NCBI GenBank assembly: GCA_964036045.1
Contig: OZ038379.1
Coordinates: 70,990,001 to 71,054,000, forward strand
Length of the DNA stretch: 64,000 nucleotides
Source: Eutreptiella sp. 'Long Island Sound 2002'
Taxonomy: Eukaryota > Protista > Euglenida
Reading direction: 5' to 3'
Of the stretch, positions 11,319 to 23,100 are shown in pieces. Position 1 is the stretch's first letter, and every line of letters starts with the position of its first letter. A model generated the notes under the pieces. That model was not told the origin of the DNA. It ran no database searches and saw only the letters and a list, made by a program, of their open reading frames with translations. Position numbers and translations under genes: made by a program.

Positions 11319-13498
11319 GTCTACTGTGATGTATAAGTGCGGCAGAGAATGCCTGAGGCGTGTAGACCCCACAGGGATTCACCACACGTGGTGTACTGTG
11401 GTGTATAAGAGCTGTAGTGAATCCCTTAGAGGTCTACACGCCTCAAGGATTCACCGCAGGTGGTGTGCTGCAATGTATAAGTGTTGCAGTGGATCCTCAA
11501 GGTAACTACACCCCTCAAGGATTCACCGCACATGGTCTACTCCAATGTATAAGTGCTGTAGTGAATCCCCCAGGGTCTACATCCCTCAAGGATCCACCGC
11601 AGGTGGTTTACTGCGTTGTATAAGTGGTACAATCAATCCCTAAGGGGTCTAGACCCCTCAAGGACTCACCGGAGGTGGTTTGATGCGATGTATACGTGGT
11701 GCAGTGAATTCCTTAGGGGTCTACACGCCTGAATGATTCACGGCACGTGGTGTAGTGCGATGTATAAAAGGTGCGCTGAATCCCTAAGAGGTCTACATCC
11801 CTTGAAGATTCGGGAAAAGTGCTCTAACGCAATGTATAAGTGCTCCGGTGAACCACTCCTCAAGGATTCACCGCAGGTGGTCTACCGCGATGTATAAGTG
11901 TTGCGGTGAATCCTTGAGTGCTCTACACCCCTGAAGGTTTCACCGCACCTGGTCTACGCCGATGTATAAATGCTGTGCTGAGTCCCTAAGGGGTCTACAC
12001 CCCTCAAGGATCCACCGCAGGTGGTCTATTGCAATGTATAAGTGCCGTGCTGAATCCCTTAGAGGTCTACACCCCTCAAGGATTCACCGCACGTTGTCTA
12101 CTGCAATGTATAACGGCTGCGGTGAATCCCTTAGAGGTCTACACGCCTCAAGGATTCACCGCAGGTTGTCTACTGAGATGTATCAGTGCTGCGGTGAATC
12201 CCTCAAGGGGTGTACACCTCAAATATTGACGGCAAGTTGTCAGTGCGATGTATAATTGCTCCCCTCATGGATTCACCAGAAGTGGTGCCTTACGTTGTAT
12301 AGGCGCTGCAGCGAATCCTTGAGGCGTCAACACCCAACGACTCATCGCATGTGGCCTACGGCAGTGTATAAGTGCTCCGGTGAATCCCTAAGGGGTCTAG
12401 ATCCCTCAAGAATTCACCGTACGTGGTCTATGGAGATGAATGAGAACTGGAGTGAATCCCTAGAGGGGTACACCCGTCAAAGACTCGGCGCAGGTGGCCT
12501 ACTGCCATGTATAAGTGCTCCCGTGCATCCATGAGGGGTCTACTACCTTGACGATTCACTATAGGTGGTCTATTGTGATGTCTAAATGCTGCCCTAAATC
12601 CCTTAGAGGTCTGCACCCCTAAACAATGGACCGTAGCTGGTTTAGTGCGATGAAGAAATGCTGCGTTGAATCCTTGAGAGGTGGATACCCCTTGAAAATT
12701 GACCGCAAGAGGTCTACTGCGACGTATAATTGCTACAGTGAATCTTGAGGGGTCTACATCTCTGAATGATTCACCACAGCGCTTTTGCAACGCAGCAGAC
12801 CACCTGCAGTGAATCCCCCAGGGGTCTAGACCCATCAAAGATTCACCGCAAGTGGTCTATTGCAATGGATGAGTGTTGCGTTGAATCCCTGAGGGGCCTA
12901 AACCCCTCAAGGATTCACCGGAAGTGGTGTACTGCGATGTGTAAGTGTGGCGTGGCGGAGGCCCCTTGAGGGGTCTACACCCCGCAAAGATTCACCGCAG
13001 GTGGTCTACTGTGTTGTATAAGCATTACGGTGAATCCTTAAGGGGTCTAAACAGCTCAAGGATTCACCTCACGTGGTGTAATGCGTTGTATAAGGGCTGC
13101 GGGGAAACCCATGAGGGGTCTACACCCCTCAAGGATTCATGGCACGTGGGTCATTGCCATGTATAAATGTGGCGGTGAATCCCTGACAGTTTTACACCCC
13201 GCAAGGATTTACTGCAGGTGGTCTACTGTGTTGTAGAAGCGCTTCAAGGAAACCCTAAGGGGTCTACACACCTAACGAATTCACCGCACGTGGTGTACTG
13301 CAATGTATAAGTGCTGTGGTGCATCCCCGAGGGGTCTACACCCCTTAAGGATTCGCCGCACGTCTACGACTGCCATGTTAAAACTGAATGTTGCGGTGAA
13401 TGCCCAAGGGGTCTACACCCCTCAAAGATTCACAGCAAGTGGTTTATTGTGGTGCATAAGGGCTACAATGAATCCCTGAGGGGTCTGCACCCCTCAAA
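11319..13498. repeat. 72-bp palindromic satellite, left part (~30 monomers)
   Basis: Consensus GCGGTGAATCCTTGAGGGGT-CTAC-ACCCCTCAAGGATTCACCGC-AGGTGGTCTACTGCGATGTATAAGTGTT; GGTCTACAC anchors at 11992 and 12064 give a 72-bp period. Confidence 0.97.
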
Positions 13499-14172
13499 TT
13501 AGGAGGCCTTAATTGCCCGGGGGTGGGGGGGGGGTCTGCGAAATGAAGGCCATTCATGGGGTCTGAAAAAAATGGTGAATTACTACCCCCGTAATTGCAC
13601 AGAGCGCACAACGTGTGAAGTTTTCGATTGAAATCATGCCCCATATTGTCCACTCGGAGCTTTTTGCGTGCAATTGAGGACACTGGCAAACCATCCAAAG
13701 CAGGCATTCAAATTCAAAGAAATAGCACCCAAGGACAAATTGCATTGCCCACTGAATGGTTTCTGTCGTGTACAGATGACACTCTGTGAAACAGTACAAT
13801 GATGCATGGTGAAACCGACCCCCATTTTTAGGGAATTTCAATGAGACGCACATTTGGCAAAATGCAGTATAATGAGGTATGAAATACTGTCAGTGCATTG
13901 CCTGCTTGCCACAGTACAAGATTGATACACGATATTACAGACATACAATTCGAACCATAAGGAACTCTTTATAATCAATCAATACACAAACATACATCAC
14001 AGAAACTACCAAATGTTGCCTACAAAAGGTAATTCCATGTGCCAACACCCAAAAAGGGTGAGTCAGAATAACAAATCAAATAAAGTCGGACACAAATGAA
14101 AATTCAAGTAACCTGCTCAGAGGATGGTGGTTCTGCAGTCACCAATGTCTCATCATAGCAGTCAACACTAAA

Positions 14173-14880
14173 TCACCGTTGTAGTTTGTTCCCCAAACGA
14201 ATTCCTTTTTGAGGTTGCTTCTGTGGCTGGGCTGCTAGTGCAGTCCCACCACTCACCAAATTCGCAAAGTTCTCCAATCCCTCTGGCGATGGTGACTGTC
14301 CTTTCGGCTCAGACACTGGATGTGTATTGCCTTTGTGTGGCGTAACCAACTGCTGACTCTGCTGTTGTGTCTGCTCCTCATCATCTTGCGCCGCTGGAGC
14401 CTCAACAAGGGGTGACCGAGCCTCTTTCGTAGGCGTTGCTTGGTGCTCGGCACTGCCAGCAGCATCGACACCGGGGGGATTGCTCGCAGTCCCCTTCTTG
14501 GGCTTTGGCTTAGATGCCTTTGGCTTTGGGGTTCCCTTGGGCTTGTTATCCACGTCCGGCATACTATCCATCGAGTCCTGTTCATCAGGGTCATCAAGTA
14601 CATAAGCCATTCCACTCCTGTGGACACGCACACCCTTATCCAGTTGTGGCAACACAAACTCCCAGTAGATTGGGGGCAGAGAGACAGCCTCTGTTAAAGT
14701 ACCATGTGTGTGCTCAACAGTTTCTTTGGGTAGTTCATCAACCGCAGCTTTGAGGCAACCAAATACAACCGAAATTTCCGACTTGAGACAAAGGTGACGG
14801 TGAACAGCCAGATTTGGAGAGCAAGCACCAGCACCCAGTTTGTAAGATTCATCGGCACTTTCAGAACCTCCAGCACCCAT
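14173..14880 (-). CDS. Longest surviving ORF of the element (235 aa): unknown protein with an acidic, K/P/Q-rich disordered C-terminus; probably the 3' part of a third gene block
   Basis: ORF track 14173-14880 in non-repetitive DNA, followed by an AT-rich UTR-like stretch (~13860-14170). Confidence 0.4.
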   Translation of the reverse strand: MGAGGSESADESYKLGAGACSPNLAVHRHLCLKSEISVVFGCLKAAVDELPKETVEHTHGTLTEAVSLPPIYWEFVLPQLDKGVRVHRSGMAYVLDDPDEQDSMDSMPDVDNKPKGTPKPKASKPKPKKGTASNPPGVDAAGSAEHQATPTKEARSPLVEAPAAQDDEEQTQQQSQQLVTPHKGNTHPVSEPKGQSPSPEGLENFANLVSGGTALAAQPQKQPQKGIRLGNKLQR

Positions 14881-15718
14881 TGAACAGCCTCAGGACACAG
14901 GTGAAAACATGGTCCGGACACCTAGTTTTTCTTTATAACAAGAAATACATCCGAGATTGCTACGCTACAGCGTCATACCAAGGGGATTCGTGCATTGAAG
15001 TTCTGCTGTGCGGACTAGGTGTACACTGATGACTTGCCTATGCCTCCCTGGGACTCTGTGTGCAAGGCCGAATTCTGGACATCCTCAAAATATGTAGACT
15101 TCAGGAGCCACCTGGCCAGACCTCGTAATTCCTTTGACATTGCTAGCTGCGAAGGGAATGTGGTTCACTTGAAGACAATTTGTGGTTCTGGTGCAGATGC
15201 GACTGGCGGTGAGTCACCCTTAGCTTTGTCTTCTGAATCCTACCACAATTTTGAATGCTACTGTCGTTGGGTTGCAGTTCATGATGGCTGTCATTGATGT
15301 TCCAAAAGGCTGGTCCATGGGTCTACCACCTCTTGCTGTGCGACATGTTTCAATGGGGAAGCCATTGGTGGTTGTTGGTGAATTGGCGGACGTTCGGATC
15401 ATCATGAGCCAGTTGTAGATTAACCTAGCTGAGGAGGGAGTGAATCAGGTGAGTGTCATGGTGTACAACACAGCCGCAGCCGAATTTCACTATGATGCAA
15501 TCAGTGATGACAATTGTCACGTTGACTCCAATTCCAAGGAAGGTACATTGCCCCCTTTGAGTTGAACTCGCAAAACACCAAAATCTCACAATCGACCGAA
15601 ATTTCGCCACTCCTGTCATTTTGTCCAATTTGCATCATCTATTGAGCTGCCGATGTACGCTACATTCGGTGAAGGTCCATTACCCAGGATCCTGCTGAGA
15701 CGCGAAGTTTCGCCACTA

Positions 15719-16851
15719 TCAGCAGAATTCGATGATTTCATAGTGCATTTTAGGATGCCTGCACAACATACTGCGAGACGGGTGAACCATCTCCTCTGGA
15801 CACTCGGGATGCATAACAATCCAGCCCCATCGCATTTCCATTTTGCATTCACGTGCCACTTTAGCAAATCCTGCAACAGTAGCTCGTAGAGTCTCCATGT
15901 ATCTGGGACACTCTGCAAGGTATCGTCCAATGAGCCCCGCCAATGGTTTGAATGATCCAAGTGCCAAGGGGATCCTGCTGTTCTCGAAGTTGTGTATTCC
16001 ATCAATTGTTGTACAGCCAGTTGCCTCAATCATTCTAGCTAAAAGTAGCCAACGTCGTGCTACAAAATTCTATACTGTATACAACCAAAGTTTTTCGGGC
16101 CCAGGACAGTAATGCGCATCAAAGCAATAGTCACACACCAGGCTTCCTTCATCAGCTGTCAGTCCAGCCTTCTCCAACATCTGGCGGCACATGTCAGTGA
16201 GACTGAGATCAGCATTCTCAGGCTCCTCCAATTTCTCCATCAGCAGCACTACCCTCTCACTGATGCATGCTCCTCTGCCTGACAGCTGTGCTGTCTGCTG
16301 GTGGCCGGCCATGCGTCTCCTCTGGCGCAAGGAAGTATCCCACTTCAGAACCATACACTCAAACTCCAGTTGTCATCTCAAAGGGTCCAGATTATTTTTC
16401 TCACGTTCACTAGCTAGTCTCCTTGCCGCAAAAACGACATGCTGACCACCAATGATCCAGAAGCTGTCCACTGAGGTAATAACAGAAGAAAATTCGTCCC
16501 CAAGACAATACACAAACGACAGACGTGTAGGTGCACGTGCAGCAACATACAATTGTCAGGGCGGACCAGTAATCCCTTGATGATCCCCGCCGGAGGTACC
16601 ATTGCCACATCCTCCAGCCGCAGCTTCAGTCTGGTCTCGCTGACCTTCCGGGTTTGCCCATGCTTGCGGTTGGTATCCACCAGCAGGACCTTGTGGGGTA
16701 ACACCACTGTCTTCTGGACGGCATCTGCTAGAGTGACTGTTTTCGAAGGTGCCTTCTTGTTCCCCCGGCTGTGCGGATTCCGTTGACTGGGGCCCTCGGA
16801 GGACCCCTGCGAGGGTTGTGATAAAGAGGGTGGCTCAGGCACCACAGGCAC
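15719..16851 (-). pseudogene. Second decayed gene block of the element (unknown product; contains a CxxC...HxC cluster)
   Basis: ORF pieces 16414-16851, 16070-16354 (LVCDYCFDAHYCP) and 15719-16033 line up on the minus strand between motif pairs. Confidence 0.3.
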
Positions 16852-17735
16852 ATTGGTATTTTATTTTGGGGGTACATATGACATGAAAGTGGGGGCCCGC
16901 AGGAAATCGGGGTGCTCTGGGCATGGATCACGTTGACGGACAGTGGTGATTTCGTTGTTTTCGGACCAGTTATTCCTAATATATAGCCTTTGCAAGGGGA
17001 AATCCAGGAATACTGCAGAGCGCAGCTGAAAACACACATCATGACATTCTCAGCAAAATGCAATACATAAAATCATTAGAGTGGGAAGCACACACAAAAA
17101 TGAAAGTCACATTAGTGGTGTGAGTGGCGGCAGTGTAACAGTACCTTGTAGGACACAAGCACAAAACACACAAAACCCAAAAGCAAGCGAAATTTCGCGT
17201 CTCAAACCAAAATAGGCAAAAAACACTATTGAAAACACGAAATATGTCAGATGTGGCGAAATTTCGCCACTCCATGCAAAAACACCACAATCAAGGGACA
17301 GTATCTGGTACTTTGTGAAGACAGCAGGTATGTCAGTCCCATTGTGAAGTATCCTCTCCAAAAAAACCTCCTCTTCATCCAGATTAGCTACCATGTCGTC
17401 ATCATCCGACACACTACTGTCATTGTTGTCACTGTGGATTGCAAACAAGGCCACCTCGGGGCCATCGTCCTCGTCATCGCTCGCATTGTCCGCACCTGGC
17501 TCCCCCCCCCATCCGGATGCTGCACCCTATTCGGCGTTAGTAGTTGCTGTGAGCCAAGTTTGGCTGGCACTTTTGGATTCCTTGGGGCACGTTTGGCGAT
17601 GGGTGCACCGTGTGTGGGGGGTGGGGGGGGGGGGGGGGGCGGGGGCGCAGGGGGGGGGGGTAGCTGGCTTTGCAACGGGTTTCCCTTGTTGGGTTTTTGG
17701 TTTGGGTTTGGGCATAGGCGGGCGGGTAATTTGCA

Positions 17736-19658
17736 TCACTCTCCAGATATCCACATTCTGTTGCCCTGCAATCGTTGACTGAAGGGCTGTTTGGTGTAGA
17801 CCGTAAGAAGGTCATCGCTTGGGGGGTTCTTACGAAGAAGGGTCCTAAAATATTTGTGGACGACACTGAAAAGAATGCTACGTGGTGAAACGGCCGCAAA
17901 TCTTCTTGGAAAACGAAGGTCATCTACACTACGCAACACAACTGCTTCTACTACCCGAAGGGGTGGCGCCTTCCATTGACAATGGGCAAGGATGCAACAG
18001 ACACACTCAGAATAAACTTTCGCAAATTGGACCCATACCGCTGCACACATTTCTCTGCCAGTGAGAACTGCAGGTTCTTCGTCCCGGTCAGGTTCGGACT
18101 CAATGTTACAAAATTTTCGGAGGTGGCACTGAGAGATGTCATGGTAAGCCCATATCCGGCACTGTGCACACAACCTGCTCAACTTTGCCTCCCCACATTC
18201 TTCAATGTGAATACAACCGGGCGTTCGAGAGTGCCAACGCTGCCATGTGACCCGAGCAGCCACCAATGTCTTGATGTACTCCACATTCTCCCATTGATCC
18301 CCCACCAAAGAAAGCATAACCAACAAACAGGACTCCGGCACTGCCAAGGCCCTTTTTCTCACTTCCGGGATCTCTACCAGCCCAATTGCAGCCTCTCACA
18401 AGGACACCAATCCCAAATGCAGCAGGGCAATACTCCTTCAACAACACCTTCAACCGCAGAAAAAGCTCCTTGCTTTTGGACTCCATGTCCGTCAATGGTC
18501 AATTTTGCACCGCCACAGCAAATGCATCAAGTTTTGCCTGAACTCTTGGTAGGTAAGTGCCAACAACCGGACAAAGCGCTGGTATTGTCTTCTCCATATG
18601 ACGGAGGTTCACCTTTGTTGGTATGCGTCCCCTTCCTTGAAATCGGTGTGCACTCTCTCCATCAGACAGATAATGGGCATAAAGTAGCGGTAAAGCATGG
18701 TGATCATATGCTTGTACGGGTACCAAACCCCATAGATGGGTGGGAGGCTTGACTAGTGCACATGCAAATGCCATGAGAGTCCCCCTGGACATTGTGCGGC
18801 AAAATGGGCTATCTCTCCGTTGGCAACCAATGATGCTGTCTCAACTACGCTGTGGAATGAAACCGGATCACTTGAAGCTGCTAAATACAATTCGGCATGT
18901 GCAGCAGGCAACTCGTCATGATTTGCCTCTGTGTGTGGGTATGAAGATTCACTATGAGCTCTTGATTACCTGTATGGGCAGAGTTACACTTAACAAAGGT
19001 ACGTTGAATCATGTCGGGAAGAGCATAAACCCGCCGAAACAGATCCGCATGACGAAGTTGTAAAGCATCAACACGTGCCCCAATTGTCTGGACGGCATGA
19101 ATTAGTGAGACATGACCCGGAAATGGTGGTAGGGCTGGCAAATGTAACACGGCCACAGCTGTGCAATTTATGGAGTGGTCAGGATGCAGCGGGTCCACCC
19201 CAGAATTCTTTTTCACCCATGTCATACAACAGCGCCATCTGGTGGTTCTGCATGCTTTGCCAAAGCCAAGTTGCTTGTTGTCGTGCATTGGTAGTAAGTG
19301 AGTGCATAGCTGCATGCACAAATCCTGCGGGAGCCAACCATCGGTGTGTCCTCCGGCTCAGTGAATTAGGCATTGGTACATCCTAGGGCTGTGCATGAGG
19401 GGCTGCCATCTTTCACAGAAGTCGCCACAAGCATATCAATTGATTTGAGAAAACAGTGTACCGCCGGGGCTTCTTCCGTATTCCACGGGCAAACAGCAAC
19501 CGCGTAAGATCCTTCCGTGAGCGTTGACTTGTTCGCATTGCTAGGGCCCACACAGCCAATAACCTTGCAGAGCCCCCATTGGCAACATCCGTTATGAGGT
19601 CATCAACGTTCTGAAACTCACAACTTGCCACAACCACCCGTAGCAGTGCCGGATCCAT
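17736..19658 (-). pseudogene. Putative transposase remnant of the 6.6-kb element
   Basis: First gene block inside the right TIR, with many stops and frameshifts. Fragments QMALLYD...DHSINCTAVAVLHL and PIYGVWYPYKHMITMLYRYFMPII loosely recall the YDN...T and GxxH segments of Academ-type (DUF6589) transposases. This is a by-eye resemblance only. Confidence 0.35.
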
Positions 19659-20138
19659 GTCGTGTGGTCACCTCAAAGCAAATACTCACATATCTGCCTC
19701 ACAACAAAGAACATACTGCATACCGAGATTGTCGGAATGTTCATAAAATTCATCAAAGGCACGAATTTCGGCACAGATGAAATCAAATTAGCACACAAAT
19801 ATACAAATACACAATAAGGGCATCAAATCATCAAAGAATGAGGGAGTGGCGAAATTTGGCGTCTCATGAGTGACAAATGCATGAAAAAGGGGTATGATAT
19901 CGGCCAATTCCAAAGGAGTGGCGAAATTTCGCTTCATTTTGGGAATTCCGGTGATTTGGGGGTTTAAATTGACTATTCAGAATTAGAACGTTGGTATGGT
20001 TCAAAAAATGGCTTTTAAAACATAAGCTGAAACAGTGACTCCTCCCCTGTGCATTTCATACCCTTAAAAAAACCCCTGTTCGGGGTAACAAATTCGACTT
20101 CTTCAGGGTCAACAGGGCGGGCAATTAAGGCCTCCTAA

Positions 20139-23100
20139 GCTCAAGGAATCACTCAAGTGGTGTTATGAGATGTATGAGTGTTGCAGTGAATCCCGAGGCG
20201 GTCTACACGCCTCAATGATTCGACACACGTGGTCTACGGCGATATACAAGTGTTGCCGTGAATCTGTCAGGGGTGTACACCCTTCCAGGATTCACCCAAG
20301 GTGGTTTGCTGCGACGTATAAGTGCTACGTTGAACCGTTGAGGGGTCTACACCTCTCAAGGATTCACCGCAAGTGGGGTACTACGATGTATAAGTGTCGC
20401 CTTGAATCCGTAACGTTGTATAGGTATGCCGGTGAATTCCTTAGTGGTCTATGCCGCTCAAGGAATCAAGCTAGGCGGTCTACTGCATTGTATAGGGGCT
20501 GAGGTGATTCTCTAAAGGGTCTACATCCCTCAAAGATTCGCCACAAGCGGTGAAGTGCGATGTTTAAGTGTTGCAGTGAGTCCCTCAAAAGTCTACACCC
20601 TTCAAGTATTCACCGAAAGTGGTCTAGTGCGATGTATAAGGGCTGCGGTGAATCTCTGCGGGGTCTACACCCCTCAAGGATTCACCTCACGTGCTCTATT
20701 GCGATGCATAAGTATTACGGTGAAGCCCTCACAAGTCTACACAACTAACCGATTCACCGCAGGTGGTCTACTACAATGTATACGTGTTGCGGTGACTGCT
20801 TGAGAGGTGTACGGCCATCAAAGGGTCACCGGAGGTGGTCTAAGGCGATGCATAAGTGTTGTTGTGGCCTACTGTGATGTCTAAGGGCTACGGTGAATCC
20901 CTGAGGGGTCAACACCCCTCACGGATTCACCGCAGGTGATCTACTGCGATGTATAAATATTGGGTGGATCCCTCAGGAGACTACAACCCCCAAGGATTCA
21001 AGGCAGGTGGTCCACTACGATGTATAAGGCCGACGGCGAATCCCACAAGGGTCAGCACCCCTCAGGGTTACATAGCACCACAGGCGGTGTAATGCGATAT
21101 ATGAGTGCTGCACTCAATCCCTGAGGGGGCTACACCCATGAGAAATTCGCCGTAGGTGGTATCTTGCGATGTATAAGCGCTACGGTGAATCCGTGAGAGG
21201 TCAATACCCCTCAAGGCTTCACCGCACGTGGCCTACTGTGATGTATAATTGTTGCGGAGAATCCCTGAGGGGTCTACACCCCTCAACAATTCAACGCACC
21301 TGTTCTACTGCGTTGTATAGGCTGCGGTGCATGCTTAAGGGATATACACCCCTCACAGAATCACCGCAATTGGTCCTATGCGATGTAGAAGGGGGGCGGT
21401 GAATGCTTGAGGGGTCCATACCCCTCCACGATTCACCGCAAGAGGTGTACTGCGATGTATAAGTGCTGTGGTGGATCCCTTGAGGGTACCACGGTCCTCA
21501 AAGATTCACCGCAGGTGCTCTGCTGTGTTGTAAAAGCGCTGTGGTGAATCCTTGAGGGGTCTACACCCCGCAAGGATGCACCGCAAGTGGTCTACTGCGA
21601 TGGATGAGTGTTGCGGTGAATCCCTAAGGGGTCTACACCCGTCAAGGATTCACCGGAAGTGGTGTGTTGCATTGTATAAGTGTTGCGGAGAATCCTTGAG
21701 AGTTCTACATCCCGCAAGGATTCACCGCAGGTGGTCTACTGCGTTGTATGAGCATTACGGTGAATCCCTAAGGGGTCTGCACCCGCCAAAGACTCACCGC
21801 AGGTGGTCTACTGTGGTTTATAAGGGCTACGGTGAAACCCTGAGGGGTCTGGACCACTCAAGGAAGCACGGCAAGTGGTGTACTGCGATGTATGAGTGTT
21901 GCGGCGAATCCCTTAGGGGTCTACACGCCTCAATGATTCACCGCACGTGGTCTACGGCGATGTACAAGTGTTGCCGTGAATCCGTCACGGGTCTACACCC
22001 TTCAAGGATTCACCGCAGGTGGTTTGCTGCGACGTATAAGTGCTGCGTTGAACCCTGAAGGGGTCTATACCTGTCAAGGATTCACCGCTGGTGGGGTAGT
22101 ACGATGGGGAAATATTGCCTTGAATGCCTAACATTGTATAGGTATTCCGGCGAATTCCTTAGTGGTCTATGCCGCTCAAGGATTCAGGCCAGGCGGTCTA
22201 CTATGTTGTACAAGGGGTGAGGTGATTCTCTAAGGGTTCTACACCCCTCAAAGATTCACCGCACGTGCGCTACTGCGATGTATAAGTGTTGCCGTGGAGC
22301 CCTCACGGGTCTACACATCTAATAGATTCACCACAGGTAGTCCACTACGATGTATACGTGTTGCGGTGGCTGCTTGAGAGGTGTACAGCCCTCAAAAATT
22401 TAGCGCAGGTGGTCTAAGGCGATCCATAAGTGTTGTTGTGGCCTACTGTTATGTCTAAGGGCTACGGTGAATCCCTGAGGGGTCAACAACCTACACGGAT
22501 TCACCGCAGGTGGTCTCTTGTGATGTATAAGCGCCACGGTGAATCCCTGAGAGGTCTATACCCCACAAGGCTTCACCAGACGTGGCGTATTGCGATGCAC
22601 AATTGTTGCGTTGCATCTTTGAGGGGTCTACACCCCTCAAAGATGCAAGGCACGTGGTCTACTGCAATGTACAAGTGTTGCCGTGAATCCGTCGGGGGTC
22701 TGCACCCTTCAAGGATTCATCGCAGGTGGTTTGCTACGACGTATAAAGGCTACGTTGAACCCTGAAGGGGTCTATAACTGTCAAGGATTCACCGCAGGTG
22801 GGGTAGTACGATGTATAAATGTTGCCTTGAATACCTAACGTTGTATAGGTCTTCCGCTGAATTCCTTAGTGGTCTATGCCGCTCAAGGATTCAGGCCAGG
22901 CGGTCTACTTCGTTATATAAGGGGTGAGGTGATTCTCTAAGGGGTCTACACCCCTCAAATATTCACCGCACGTGCTCTACTGCGATGTATAAGTGTTGCC
23001 GTGCAGCCCTCACGGGTCTACACATCTAATAGATTCACCGCAGGTAGTCTACTACGATGTATACGTGTTGCGGTGGCTGCTTGAGAGGTGTACGGCCCTC

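Larger units (their letters stand above)
15597..19932. promoter_or_regulatory. Six copies of a palindromic motif (core GCGAAATTTCGC) arranged as three pairs inside the element
   Basis: Copies at ~15597-15613, 15702-15716, 17187-17198, 17253-17270 (perfect GTGGCGAAATTTCGCCAC), 19843-19861 and 19915-19932. A regulatory role is inference. Confidence 0.5.
13499..20138 (-). mobile_element. 6.64-kb TIR DNA transposon, superfamily unresolved (Academ-like is one candidate), decayed coding capacity
   Basis: Perfect 21-bp inverted repeats TTAGGAGGCCTTAATTGCCCG (13499-13519) and CGGGCAATTAAGGCCTCCTAA (20118-20138). CTCAA is duplicated on both flanks, one base off the TIRs; removing the element and one copy restores the satellite (GCACCCCTCAAGGAATC). 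Interior is unique sequence with broken, mostly minus-strand ORFs. Confidence 0.85.

Noticed and set aside
4715-11372. Long ORFs of MGTYGDLWGP repeats (up to 332 aa)
   Set aside because: Three 10-bp units give a 10-aa repeat that appears in all three frames and flips strand with the inversions: an artefact of a stop-poor satellite.
16070-16354. PHD finger (as in AcademHP elements)
   Set aside because: Only CxxC and HxC are present; the full C4HC3 pattern cannot be completed in any frame I could read.
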